Assembly: GCA_963749495.1 (NCBI GenBank)
Contig: CAVVMW010000014.1
Span: forward strand, 512,001 to 576,000
DNA from: an uncultured bacterium
GTDB lineage: Bacteria; Verrucomicrobiota; Verrucomicrobiia; Limisphaerales; UBA8199
Length of the DNA: 64,000 bases
Reading direction: 5' to 3'
Part shown: in pieces, positions 12,316 to 21,748 of the stretch
Layout: each line of letters opens with the position of its first letter
Numbering within the stretch: the first letter of the stretch is position 1
Notes under the pieces: model-generated
Told to the model about the DNA's origin: nothing
Database searches by the model: none
The model's input: only the letters and a program-made list of their open reading frames with translations
Program-made: the position numbers and the translations under genes

Positions 12316-12674
12316 ACCGTGTAATGGCCCGGCGGCAACTCCACTCGAAAGGGATGGGCCGAGAGTGTCGTGTGGAACTCGACGGCGTTCGTGTTGAGCC
12401 AGTTTCGCCGTTCGTAACCAATGGCCGAGCCGGCGGGAGCGGCTGACTCCGGGAAGAACCAGCGCCCATCCTGGTCTTGGATATAGACCCGCGAAGCAAT
12501 GGTTTGCCCGGTGGCCTGGTCCACCACCTCGCCGGTAACGATAGCTTGCCGGGGCATGGGTCCAACGCTGCTCCCGCTAAAGTCCGCTGGGATCGCTCCG
12601 ATGCGACCCACGGCCCATGCCAGCCACATACAGCCACAAGCCAACAGCCTCGCCGGACTTGCGGGACAGTTCAT
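12310..12674 (-). pseudogene. N-terminal fragment of a secreted CehA/McbA-like metallohydrolase
   Basis: Signal peptide, GEVVD..TG..I.SRVYI, HTTLSAHPFRVELPPG.YTVT; then switches to GlgP sequence. Confidence 0.55.
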
Positions 12675-12739
12675 AACGCGGCTCTACTCCCCGAGGTGTT
12701 CGGTGACCCGCAACGGCAGGGCGACCGTCTTTGAAAGTG

Positions 12740-12910
12740 GATCGGCCAGGTAGCCGTCCCACACCGGGTTCGCATATTCAAGAGTAATCTGGCCGGAGGC
12801 CGGCTGATTCGGCGACGAAGTTCGCGCGAGGGCCCATGGGCCTTCCGCGAAAGCATGACCAAAGGCCAGGCGGCGAGGGCGAGAAGGCAAACGCGGAAAT
12901 CTTTCATGAT
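12740..12910 (-). pseudogene. N-terminal fragment of a GH43 glycoside hydrolase
   Basis: YANPVWDGYLADP then abrupt loss of similarity. Confidence 0.55.
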
Positions 12911-12982
12911 GAATCTCATGTTTCAGTCCCTTGCTTGACGTTCCCGTGACAGCCTCCGGAACAGGAACCGGTTCCTGATCCG

Positions 12983-13990
12983 CTATTCCTTCTCCACGAT
13001 CCAGATGTTCTTGAAGAAGATCGGGTGGCCGTGGGCTTGGAGGTAGATGCCGGCTGGGTCCGGGCTTTCCGCAATCCCGCCGGGCGTCGAACCTTTGATC
13101 TCAACATCGTCCAGGATGGTGACGCCGTTGAACTTCACCGTGCAGCGCCCGAGCTTTGTCTTCCGCCCGGCCGCGTCGTAACGGGCGGCTCTAAAATCAA
13201 TGTCGTAGGTCTGCCACGTCAGCGGCGGGTAGCACATGTTGATGTCCGGCGTGACCTGGGCGTAGAGGACGCCGCAATCGTGCTGGCCCTCCACCACGCC
13301 GAAGGAATCCAGAATCTGGATTTCGTAACGCTGCTGCAAATAGACGCCGCTGTTGGGACGCTGCCAAATGGTCCGGGTCTCGGGCATGTACGAGATCATG
13401 AACTCGACGTGCAACGTGAAGTCCTGGAACTTCCGCTTGGTGGTCGCGCCGCCGGCCGAGGTAATCCATTTCTGCGGTGTCACAATGACGCCCGGTTGCC
13501 ATCCGTCGGTATTGGAGCCGTCGAAGAGCACAAGGGCGCCGGCAGGCGCGGGAGCGTCGAGAGTCGGGCTGCGCCGGTGGACGCGCTTCAACTCGAACCT
13601 TCGGCCGGTGTCGGTCTGGCCGGTGATGGCTTGGCCGTCGCAAACGGCATGGTACACCTGGTCAATGACGACCTTATCGCCTTCGAGCCGGGCGTCCGCG
13701 GGCGTGGTGTTATCCGTGCTGGGGGCTTTCTGGATGATCGTCTTGCCGTCCCAGCCGTCTCCGGGCAGACCGCCGCCAAAGAACATCGTGCGAAACGCGC
13801 CATGGCCCAGCGCGCGCACCTGTGCGCCAAGCTTGGCGCCAGCGCCGGCATATTCACCCTGGAACTTGAAGTCCGCGTCGGCGTGCTCCGGGTCGCTATA
13901 AACTTCCATCTCCGCAGCCTTGACTGCCGGTCCCGCAGCGGCCAGCACACCGACCGCCAGTAATCCGATCACTCTGTTGAAAGGTTTCAT
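12983..13990 (-). CDS. Secreted DUF1080 (3-keto-disaccharide hydrolase-like) protein
   Basis: Signal peptide; LFDG, F.DFTLHVEF, NSGVY, YEIQILDS, WQTYDI, LQAHG, FKNIW. Confidence 0.9.
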   Translation of the reverse strand: MKPFNRVIGLLAVGVLAAAGPAVKAAEMEVYSDPEHADADFKFQGEYAGAGAKLGAQVRALGHGAFRTMFFGGGLPGDGWDGKTIIQKAPSTDNTTPADARLEGDKVVIDQVYHAVCDGQAITGQTDTGRRFELKRVHRRSPTLDAPAPAGALVLFDGSNTDGWQPGVIVTPQKWITSAGGATTKRKFQDFTLHVEFMISYMPETRTIWQRPNSGVYLQQRYEIQILDSFGVVEGQHDCGVLYAQVTPDINMCYPPLTWQTYDIDFRAARYDAAGRKTKLGRCTVKFNGVTILDDVEIKGSTPGGIAESPDPAGIYLQAHGHPIFFKNIWIVEKE

Positions 13991-14359
13991 GCGGCGAGGG
14001 TATCGCCGATAGTCCTGGAGACCAAGACCGTTTGTCGTCTTGAAAAACTTCAAGGGCCCCGCAGTTCCCGTGAGGCGCGCCGACTTTCGCAACCGAGCTG
14101 CATGATGGTGGGCACCCAAACGGCTGGCCAAGCACCCAGACAAGGCAGATCGGTTCGGTTGTCCTGCTAACGAAGGGCGGTGTCGCGTTGCATAATGGCC
14201 TGAACGATGGCGTCAGCCAGGGCCTTCATCCCCTTGTCGCCGGGGTGATTGGCAACTCCCTCGAGCGCAGGCAGTCGGGGTCGCTGCCATAGGCCTGTTC
14301 GAGCGCTTCCAGGACGTGGTTGTCGCTAAGACAACCCATCCAATCGCCCAGCGGCGTCG

Positions 14360-14810
14360 CAGCCGCCCTCCCATCTCCCGCGCGAAGCGCGCATTCTCCT
14401 GCCCCAAAGGGGCAGCGGAGAATAGCCCAGGGCAAGGCCCGCTGGAGCGACCCTCCGCAGCGAAGCGAAGGAGGGAGCGGAGGCGGGCCGCCACCCTGGG
14501 TACGGAGCAACAAACCATCCTCCCCCCTCCCATGGGCCTCCGGCGCGTGCGCCACAAAGCGCACGCGCCGGAGGCCCATGGGAGGGGGGAAGGGGGGAGG
14601 GCCGCCAGCCCCGCTTGAGCACAAGAGTGTGCCGGGGATTGTCCATGTCTTAGCCTGACGCGTATGCGCCCCCTCGGGACCGTATGGCGGCTTTCCAAAC
14701 CCGCAGGCGGTCGGATTTCGAGCGCCTGCCGACTTGGCCGCCGTCGGGCCGGCCGGAGCCGCGCTTTGGCGCGCGGCAAAGGCGGAAGGTCGGCGACACG
14801 GCAGGCTTGT
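14360..14810. repeat. Cluster of REP-like palindromes including a perfect 32-bp hairpin
   Basis: TGCCCC-aaa-GGGGCA...AATAGCCCAGGG...CCCTGGG unit; perfect IR 14521-14552 / 14559-14590; GCCGAC...GTCGGCGACACGGCAGG unit. Confidence 0.7.
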
Positions 14811-15049
14811 CGCCGGAATGGCAACGGCTTGAGGCACGAAGGCCCCCAAAGCCAACTTTCCCACTGCAGTGCAAATGGTGAGAATCCCGCAATTTGAGCG
14901 AGATTTCTTCTGCGGTCGCACAACGCCGTTCCGAACCCTCCCTTCTTCGGCGCGGAGCGCCGTTTTTGGCACGGCGGAGCCAGCCTCCCGCAGCTTTCCC
15001 GGGCCAAGGAACTTGCCCAGGACTTTGGTCGCGGCCGCGCCGCGCCAAG

Positions 15050-15286
15050 CAGCTTGTGCCCGCCGTGGCGTGAGAAGATGAAGCCGAACTCTTTGATGGA
15101 CTCACGAGTGGCCGGGTTGCCCTCGCCGCTCAGGTTGGTGACGAGCCCGATCCACTCCCGATCAATTTCGGCATTGGCGTGCAGGCCAGGGTGGTGCTCT
15201 TTCAACCACTCCAGGACCTCCAGTTGCGGGATGCGCGCCCGCTTTTCTCTCATGGGGATACTCACTTTCTGCTGCCGCGACGGCAT
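15050..15286 (-). pseudogene. Small phage/plasmid-type hypothetical protein, truncated
   Basis: AEIDREWIGL...TRESIKEFGFIFS then runs into REP-rich non-coding DNA. Confidence 0.4.
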
Positions 15287-15328
15287 GGACCGTGCGGTTC
15301 GCTTGTGAAGGTGATCGAGCGTGAAGCT

Positions 15329-15386
15329 GCGCTCTTTCAGGGTGGACGCCAATTAGTCCACCGACGCCCTCGCGGGCGTTTCGCGC
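15329..15386 (-). ncRNA. Type II hammerhead ribozyme-like RNA, variant core CUGAAAGA (HH-C)
   Basis: GCGC-GAAA-CGCCC[gcga]GGGCG-UC-GGUGGAC[uaauuggc]GUCCACC-CUGAAAGA-GCGC; all three stems perfectly paired. Confidence 0.75.
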
Positions 15387-15520
15387 TTTGCCACGGATCA
15401 ATCCCGACCTCCCCCGGTGGGTTTCATGCCGCCGAGGAATTTCGGGAATCCATCTCGGCGCATCTGAGGAAACCCCAGTGAAGCCAGGGTTGCTCCCCAA
15501 ACCGCGCCGGTGTGGGTTTT

Positions 15521-15780
15521 GTCCCGGAGGGACATCCTGAGAGTAGCCCGGCGCTTCAGCGCCGGGTCCGCTTCTCAAAGGGGCCTGCGTCCCGAGGGGA
15601 CGCCTGAAGCTCAGTCCCACAGATGACGCTCGTCGTAATCGATGCGATGCCTCTTGACTGGTACAGCGAGCTGATGTAGGACATGAGCCCCATTCAGCCG
15701 TCCCTTCGGGACGGAGGCAACACGAAACTGTCTGTCCCGGCGTTGAAACGCCGGGCTATTGTCGAGTGTCCCTCCGGGAC
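15521..15780. mobile_element. Internally deleted IS200/RAYT-type element: inverted REP arms around a tnpA tail
   Basis: Arms begin and end GTCCCGGAGGGAC / GTCCCTCCGGGAC; minus strand 15611-15655 encodes KRHRIDYDERHLWD*. Confidence 0.75.
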
Positions 15781-15789
15781 ACGGCCCAA

Positions 15790-16154
15790 CGGAGCCCCTT
15801 TCTTTCCGGAACCGCGTTGCTGCCGCGGCCCGGCAACAAACGGTCCCGCTCGCCGCATTTTGGGCACGCCATGTCCTCCAGCAGGTCCACCCGCTCCTCG
15901 GTCTCCGGGAACTTCTCAAGGAAGGCCTCCGGCGTCATTCCCGGCGCCGCGTCCGGGGCCATGGCCCTGGCCTTGATCTCCTCCCGTTCCCGCTCTGCCC
16001 GGTTCACGAGTCTGTGGATTTCCTCGGCTCCAGGTCCATGCTGCCGGCCAGCCCGATCATGACGGTCGGCGTGAAGGCACCAGCCGCCTGCAACTCCGCG
16101 ATCAGGCCTGGGAACTGGATGCTGTTGTCGGCCCATTTTTTGGGGGTTACTCAT
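15790..16154 (-). pseudogene. Phage/plasmid-type small protein(s), frameshifted
   Basis: Frame-hopping reading WADNSIQFPGLIAELQ..SMDLE..EEIHRLVNRAE..EEIK then LLEDMACPKCG; truncated by REP element. Confidence 0.45.
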
Positions 16155-16177
16155 AATGTCGTTTCGTTCCTGGCGAT

Positions 16178-16228
16178 GGCCTCGTCAGTGCGCTAATAAC
16201 GCGCAGACCCGCTGACCGGGTTTCGGCC
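16178..16228 (-). ncRNA. Type II hammerhead ribozyme, canonical core (HH-A)
   Basis: GGCC-GAAA-CCCG[gucag]CGGG-UC-UGCGC[guuauua]GCGCA-CUGACGA-GGCC; predicted cleavage between 16206 and 16205. Confidence 0.9.
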
Positions 16229-16245
16229 TTGGAAGGGATGAATCT

Positions 16246-16308
16246 GCGCTCGTTCAGGGTGCAGGCCAATTACTGCACCGACGCCCTTGGGGGCGTTTCG
16301 GGCTTGGC
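16246..16308 (-). ncRNA. Type II hammerhead ribozyme-like RNA, variant core CUGAACGA (HH-B)
   Basis: GCCAA-GCCC-GAAA-CGCCC[ccaa]GGGCG-UC-GGUGCAG[uaauuggc]CUGCACC-CUGAACGA-GCGC; one C-C mismatch in stem II. Confidence 0.65.
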
Positions 16309-16723
16309 TATTGCCGGGGATCGACGCCCCGGCTCGGTGTTATGGGGCCGGCCGGCGTGGGGCAATAGGCATAGATGCGAATCCGAGCACTAACTGTGGT
16401 GCGCCGTCCACCGCAAAGAGGTCGTAAATCCACTTCTCTTTTATCGCAATACGCTAACTGGCGGATTTCCAAGGGCTTATGACGAAGGATTCTTTCGCCT
16501 TTCATCGGCGCTGGAACCGCTCAGATGCCCGAAATGACCCAGATGGGGACCTGGGCCGGGGTGGCATCCGGGTGCCCTAGGACGGCCCTGGGGGTCTTGC
16601 CGCTACCCCAGCGGTCTCCGGGGTCTTCCGATGCCCCGGCGCCAGCCCCAGGCCCCCTGGTGATGCCGAATTGGGCATATTTGAGCCTTGACATTCCATA
16701 GGGATCAGTTCCATGCTGACGCC

Positions 16724-17179
16724 ATGAAAAGACCAAACAGGCTTTCCCTTGCAACCCTTACGTTACTCGGATGCCTGCTTTTCCTGGCGGTAGGCTGCGT
16801 GTCTGTTCCAATGACCCCAGAATCTCAGGACATTGAAGCCAAGAAGTTCATCCCGCAACCGGACAAGGCCTCTGTTTATGTCAACCTCGACGCTAAAACT
16901 ACGGTACCCGTCCGTGTTGTCCTCGACGGGCGGATCGTAGGGGCATTGGCTCCAAAGACGTATGTTTTGCTCAACCTTGATCAGGGCAGACACGTCCTTA
17001 ATGTCGGTCTGGAGAATATTGACCAAGTGACGTTAAATGCACAAGCGGGAAAGCTATACTTTTACCGACTGCGGATAAAGTCGGGATGGACATCCGGCAG
17101 AATCCACTTTGCCTTAATGGATGAAGCTGAAGGCAAGAAGCGTTTGATGAAATCAAAACGTGCGGAGCTTACATACTAA
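16724..17179 (+). CDS. DUF2846-like lipoprotein
   Basis: Lipobox LAVGC, AKKF.P.PDKASVYV, AGKLYFY; TTGACA at 16688-16693 upstream. Confidence 0.75.
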   Translation: MKRPNRLSLATLTLLGCLLFLAVGCVSVPMTPESQDIEAKKFIPQPDKASVYVNLDAKTTVPVRVVLDGRIVGALAPKTYVLLNLDQGRHVLNVGLENIDQVTLNAQAGKLYFYRLRIKSGWTSGRIHFALMDEAEGKKRLMKSKRAELTY

Positions 17180-17211
17180 ACTCTATCACTTACGCAGCCC
17201 TAAACCCCGCT

Positions 17212-18051
17212 ATGAGCGCAAACACTACACATTACTGGCGGATAGCCCCCGGCGAGCAAGGTTTCGCCTGGGTCGAGCAGAGGGACAACGATTGCGTTGC
17301 TGTTGGTTGGAATGAAATGGGAGACCTTCATAGATACAAGGGTAGAGAGGATTTCGATAAAGCCTTCAAGAAGCACTTTAGACGCTCGTACAACAAAGGA
17401 AACGTAACCAGGGCTTCAAATATACTGTGGCACTTCTACAAAGACGTAAACCCAGGCGATAAGGTTTTAATCAACTCAGGAGAAAGAATATTCGGTATTG
17501 GCACTATTAGCGGCAGATACAGATTCAATGACAGACTCTCCTATCACCATACCAAGCCCATTATACTAGATCTACAATTCTGGGAGCCTGTAAACGGCAG
17601 GGAGCTTGGTTTTCCCAAGAGGCTCGTCGGCAAGTTCTGCGGTCGTAAGCCAACGGTTTCACGACTGGGGCCAAATGAATGGAGGGAAATCGAACGAAAG
17701 CTGCGCAGGCTTAGAAATCCATTCAAGGGCAAGGCTGATTTTGAGGGAATTGCACGGGCGCCAATAACAGAGCAGGAAGTCATAGTCCTATTTAGCAAGA
17801 TTTCAGCGTTACTGAGGATGAAGATCGAGGCGGTAGGCTCTCGTTTTCCAGACGCTCTCATCAGGACTAAATGCCGGGGCAAATGGATTACTCAGAAATG
17901 TGAATTTGAAAAAAATTCCCTAGACTTTCTCTCTCATGGCCACGATGGGAAGGGCTGTGATATGATTATCTGCTGGAAACACGACTGGAAGCGCAAACCC
18001 CGCCACATCAGGGTGGTTGAGTTGCGCAGAGAACTACAGAAACTCATCTAG
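17212..18051 (+). CDS. Putative restriction-type endonuclease: McrB/Mrr-type N-terminal domain + PD-(D/E)xK-like nuclease
   Basis: YWRIAPGE..W......VAVGW, PGDKVL, GIG.I.G.Y; C-terminal EQEV..LF, FPDA, CEFE..S..F..HGH, D.IICW.HDW; clearly lower GC than flanks. Confidence 0.6.
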   Translation: MSANTTHYWRIAPGEQGFAWVEQRDNDCVAVGWNEMGDLHRYKGREDFDKAFKKHFRRSYNKGNVTRASNILWHFYKDVNPGDKVLINSGERIFGIGTISGRYRFNDRLSYHHTKPIILDLQFWEPVNGRELGFPKRLVGKFCGRKPTVSRLGPNEWREIERKLRRLRNPFKGKADFEGIARAPITEQEVIVLFSKISALLRMKIEAVGSRFPDALIRTKCRGKWITQKCEFEKNSLDFLSHGHDGKGCDMIICWKHDWKRKPRHIRVVELRRELQKLI

Positions 18052-18102
18052 GGACGCACCTCTGACCTATGCAGGACTTCATCGCTACTCTGATTTCGTC
18101 CT

Positions 18103-18660
18103 TCACATGCCTTTGAGAAACCCAAGCTGTAGAATCGAGGCAAAGCCGGCGCTATTTGCTGGTGACGGCTTGCCCATGACGATGTGGTCCAGGACCCTGA
18201 TGGCGACGATGATGCCGGCCTTGCACAACTGCTGCGTGGTCCTGAGGTCCCCCCTCGACGGGGTCGGGTCGCCGCTGGGATGGTTTTCGACCAGCGCGAT
18301 GAACTTCGCGTTGCCGACGATGGCGGGCCGAAAGACCTCGCGTGCCTGGGTAACAACCATATCAAGCGTGGCCTTCGCCAGGGAGACGTGGCCGATTGGA
18401 CGCATCCGCGTGTTGAGCGTGATTTCAACCAGGCATTCAACATCGGGATCGAGCGGGTAATGGCCCTGCAGGTTGGCCAGCCAATACTTGGCGATCTTGT
18501 CGGGCGAGTTGCACTCGCTGCAATCGGCCGGCAAAACGCACTGCCGCATGGCCATGAGCTTGAACTCCTTGGGCTTGAACACCAAGTCGGGTTTGACCGG
18601 CGGTGGTGCATCAAAGACTTCGAGCATGGCCAGCAACTCACTTGGCGATGAATCGCTCAT
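18103..18660 (-). CDS. RadC-like JAB domain protein
   Basis: REVFRPAI, (E)NHPSGDPTPS.GD...T, VLDHIVMG. Confidence 0.9.
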   Translation of the reverse strand: MSDSSPSELLAMLEVFDAPPPVKPDLVFKPKEFKLMAMRQCVLPADCSECNSPDKIAKYWLANLQGHYPLDPDVECLVEITLNTRMRPIGHVSLAKATLDMVVTQAREVFRPAIVGNAKFIALVENHPSGDPTPSRGDLRTTQQLCKAGIIVAIRVLDHIVMGKPSPANSAGFASILQLGFLKGM

Positions 18661-19008
18661 GCTGGCCCTTCTGCGCGCGCAGGGCGTGCCGGTTGATGCA
18701 GTCCGATCCGAAGATCGTTGGGCGAAGGGCTTCTGCCTCCGGGTTGAATGTGCGTTAGTAAAAGTGCCCGCGCCCGGAGCAACGAGCACAGCCGAGACCG
18801 TGGCACAGACGGCAGGGGGTTGTTGTGATGGTCATGGAAACACTGCGGACCTTTGGTTGTGACAAGGATTGTGGCCTCGTCCGCCGCAGGAAACGGGTTC
18901 AGTGAGATGCAATTATTGGATTGCCACGCCGACCGGATTCGCCATATTGGAGCCAATGCGGAAGCGGGTTTGCCGACATGGAACGGGCGCGCTCAGCGCA
19001 GTTTGGGG

Positions 19009-19157
19009 GTAACTATTCAGGTGTGGGGCAGACCTCTGGTCTGCCGGTTCACGGAGCCTCCGGCTCCGTGTCCCTTGCAGTTGCGAGGCTCGGGGCCAGA
19101 GGCCCCTGCAACCGGCAGACCGGAGGTCTGCCCCACGCGTCCCACCTGAACAGTTAC
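19009..19157. mobile_element. 149-bp non-autonomous MITE with IS66 element A-type ends
   Basis: Ends GTAACTATTCAGGTG / CACCTGAACAGTTAC; 8-bp TSD GTTTGGGG (19001-19008, 19158-19165); internal 27-bp IR. Confidence 0.92.
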
Positions 19158-19205
19158 GTTTGGGGATTGACCTCGGGGTGCTTGGGGTGGCACAATGGAG
19201 GCACT

Positions 19206-20083
19206 ATGAGCAAGTCCAAGCACATGTTCGTTATCGGCAGCGCGGGCTCGGGCAGTTGTTGGGCCGCTGGGAAAAAGTGCCTGTCCGTCCTTGCACTCCT
19301 TGTCCTTCTCCGCAGCGTCGCCTTCGCGCCCATTTGGACGGTGCTCGATACTCCGCAGGATAGCCTTGAAATCCGGCGCGCTGTGGCAGACCGCCACGAG
19401 TTAAAGTCAGTCTTTACCAAATACCAGGAGCTGATCGAGACACGCCTCCGCGCTCTAAAGTACCGAGGACGTTGGCCGGGTCTTTGGGCCTGAGCTTGGG
19501 CCTGTGGGCGGGCGCCCAAGCGACAGGGTCTTGCCGATCTATGTTCCGGCTGGCGTCGGGGTGTCTGGCCTCACGCCCAGCGATAAACCAGACCAGCGGC
19601 ACATAGATCTTCACGCCATAGGCGACATTGGTTACGCTGAGTTCTACTACGGCTATGATGGCGAGAGCGTTGACGCTGTGGTCCTGTACCACCGTGCAGG
19701 CCGCGCTGCCTCTGGGTTCGAGCGCGCCTTCGTTCCACTCCAGTCCACGAACGATTTCGGCGCTCGTCTGGGCTGGGATCTCGCAGAGTTCCGGGACATA
19801 AAGCGATGGTTGAATGAGCACTTTCCAAAGACAACAGACCTCGGGGTGGTCGAGATCCCGGTACTACATACAGGCTCGCGTTCACCTACGGGAAGGCGAG
19901 GATTGTTTCGTGGGCGGAGGCCCCTCGCCACCAGGCGACTTTTGGGTCTCGGTGGCGCCTGGTCCTTCCGGTAGCCCGGAGGCAAAGAAGTTACTTGCGT
20001 GGCGCGTAATCCGCCATCCGGGCCAGGAGGTCGTGTTTTCGGCCTCTGGGAGGTTTTACTCATTCACGCCGAAGTTCAAGTGA
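19206..20083 (+). pseudogene. Degraded membrane-anchored hypothetical gene in three pieces
   Basis: Consecutive ORFs 19206-19493, 19504-19974, 19814-20083; small duplication TTGGGCCTG at the first break. Confidence 0.35.
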
Positions 20084-20164
20084 GGGAGTGCCCATGGGGG
20101 GTGCCCCATGTGGGCCCGGCGATTATGTGGTTGCCACACTGGTGGGCTTGGACATATTCCTCCC

Positions 20165-20956
20165 ATGCGGAAGCGGGTTTACATCGTGGTTGCGGCGCTG
20201 CTGATCGCCGGGATCGGGGTGGCGATGTGGGCGTCAACCCACGAAAGGGATCCGGGGCCTGCCTACAGAGGTAAAACTCTGGGCTACTGGCTTCGTTCCA
20301 TGGTAAACGCCAAGACGGTTATGGAGGCAAACGCCATTCAGGGCAGCGATCTGGACTCAAACTCGATCCCCGTGCTGGTCCGATTCATGGAGAAGCCCGC
20401 CGGCCCTCTAGGCCGCTGCTACGGCAGGGCGTGGTGGAAGCTGCCTCGCTGGCTCCAAGAACGCTTGCCGCGCCCCGTCAATGGCACCCGAGTTCGACTC
20501 CGGGCCATGTTCTTATTGGGCCAGATGCGGGAGAAACCGAAGCCTGCTGTTCCCGCCCTCCTCCGGATTCTCACAGGAGACAGGGAACTCGATCTGAGGG
20601 TTAATGCTCCGTTGGTCTTGGTGAGATTCGTCAAGGAAGATCCAGCGGTTATGGCAGCCATGGTCGAAGCACTCCACGACAAGGAACCTTTGGTCCGCAA
20701 TAGCGCAGCATGGGTTCTTCGAGAGCTTGTGAATGATCATACGGCGGTGGTGGTCGAAGCACTCAACAACTCGGATGTTTGTGTCCGTAACCACGCTATG
20801 GTGGCTCTGCTAAACTCTAAATTGTCCAGACCAGAGGTCGCGGCCGCTGTGCGCAAATGCCTTGCCGATCCGGACGGCGGAATTCGGAGGAGCGCGACCA
20901 ACCTGTTCACATCTTCTGGCCTGTTTCGCTACATTACGAACGCCCCCGGTCCGTAG
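20165..20956 (+). CDS. Membrane-anchored HEAT-repeat protein
   Basis: N-terminal TM, P.Y.GKTL.YWL, AVPALL, ALHDKEPLVRNSAA, LADPD..IR. Confidence 0.85.
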   Translation: MRKRVYIVVAALLIAGIGVAMWASTHERDPGPAYRGKTLGYWLRSMVNAKTVMEANAIQGSDLDSNSIPVLVRFMEKPAGPLGRCYGRAWWKLPRWLQERLPRPVNGTRVRLRAMFLLGQMREKPKPAVPALLRILTGDRELDLRVNAPLVLVRFVKEDPAVMAAMVEALHDKEPLVRNSAAWVLRELVNDHTAVVVEALNNSDVCVRNHAMVALLNSKLSRPEVAAAVRKCLADPDGGIRRSATNLFTSSGLFRYITNAPGP

Positions 20957-21748
20957 CGATGGCTTTCTTGAGCCTCAATTAGGCGCGGCTGGCCTGGGAA
21001 GGGTTCGGGGGACAATCCAATTCGCCGGGGTCGGGACCGGCTTTTACCCGCATTCCCGCCCGCCAGTCCTGACGAGCGTCACTCTGCGACTGGACTACTG
21101 GCCGTTGGCGACCCGAGCCGCCAGGATGGCCTGGACTTCCTCCTCCGTGATCCCGAGGGACTTGAGCAGTTCGGCCCGGTTGACCGCCTTGGGCGACACC
21201 TTGGGCTTGATGAATTCACGGAAGCCGCCCCCTCCATCAAGCGCCCCATGTACCGCAAAGGCTGGGACGACATGCTGAAGGCGTGGCAAGAGACCGGAGC
21301 AAGTGTTCCATTCCGTTTCTTTTTCGCCGCACAGTCCGCATGGCCCGCGTGGTCTTTGGACGCGGAAGGCCCAGGTGGGGCAGACTGCGGGCGTGAAAAC
21401 ACGACCGGCTTGTGGAACCGAACGGAAGGGCGCCGAACAGCGGAATGGCGGGGTCGGTGCCGCAAAACCATACATTCTGGAGGCGGCTGGCCGGCGGACG
21501 TTCCACAGGCCTCCAAGCCCCCCCACCCTCCACTGGCCACTGCCGACTTAAACCAAATTAAAGCCAGTTAAAGCTTCCCGAATCAAAAAAAAGCACGGTT
21601 TCTGCCACGGCCACTGCCGAGCTCCGGCAGCTTCCGGGCGGGGCCGGCTTCTCCCGACCATGAAATGCACTTTTCGGCCAACCTGATAGGCTTCTCTCTC
21701 GCATACGTCTGAGTTGATTGCTCGCGCGGTGGAGGATTAAATAGAGGT

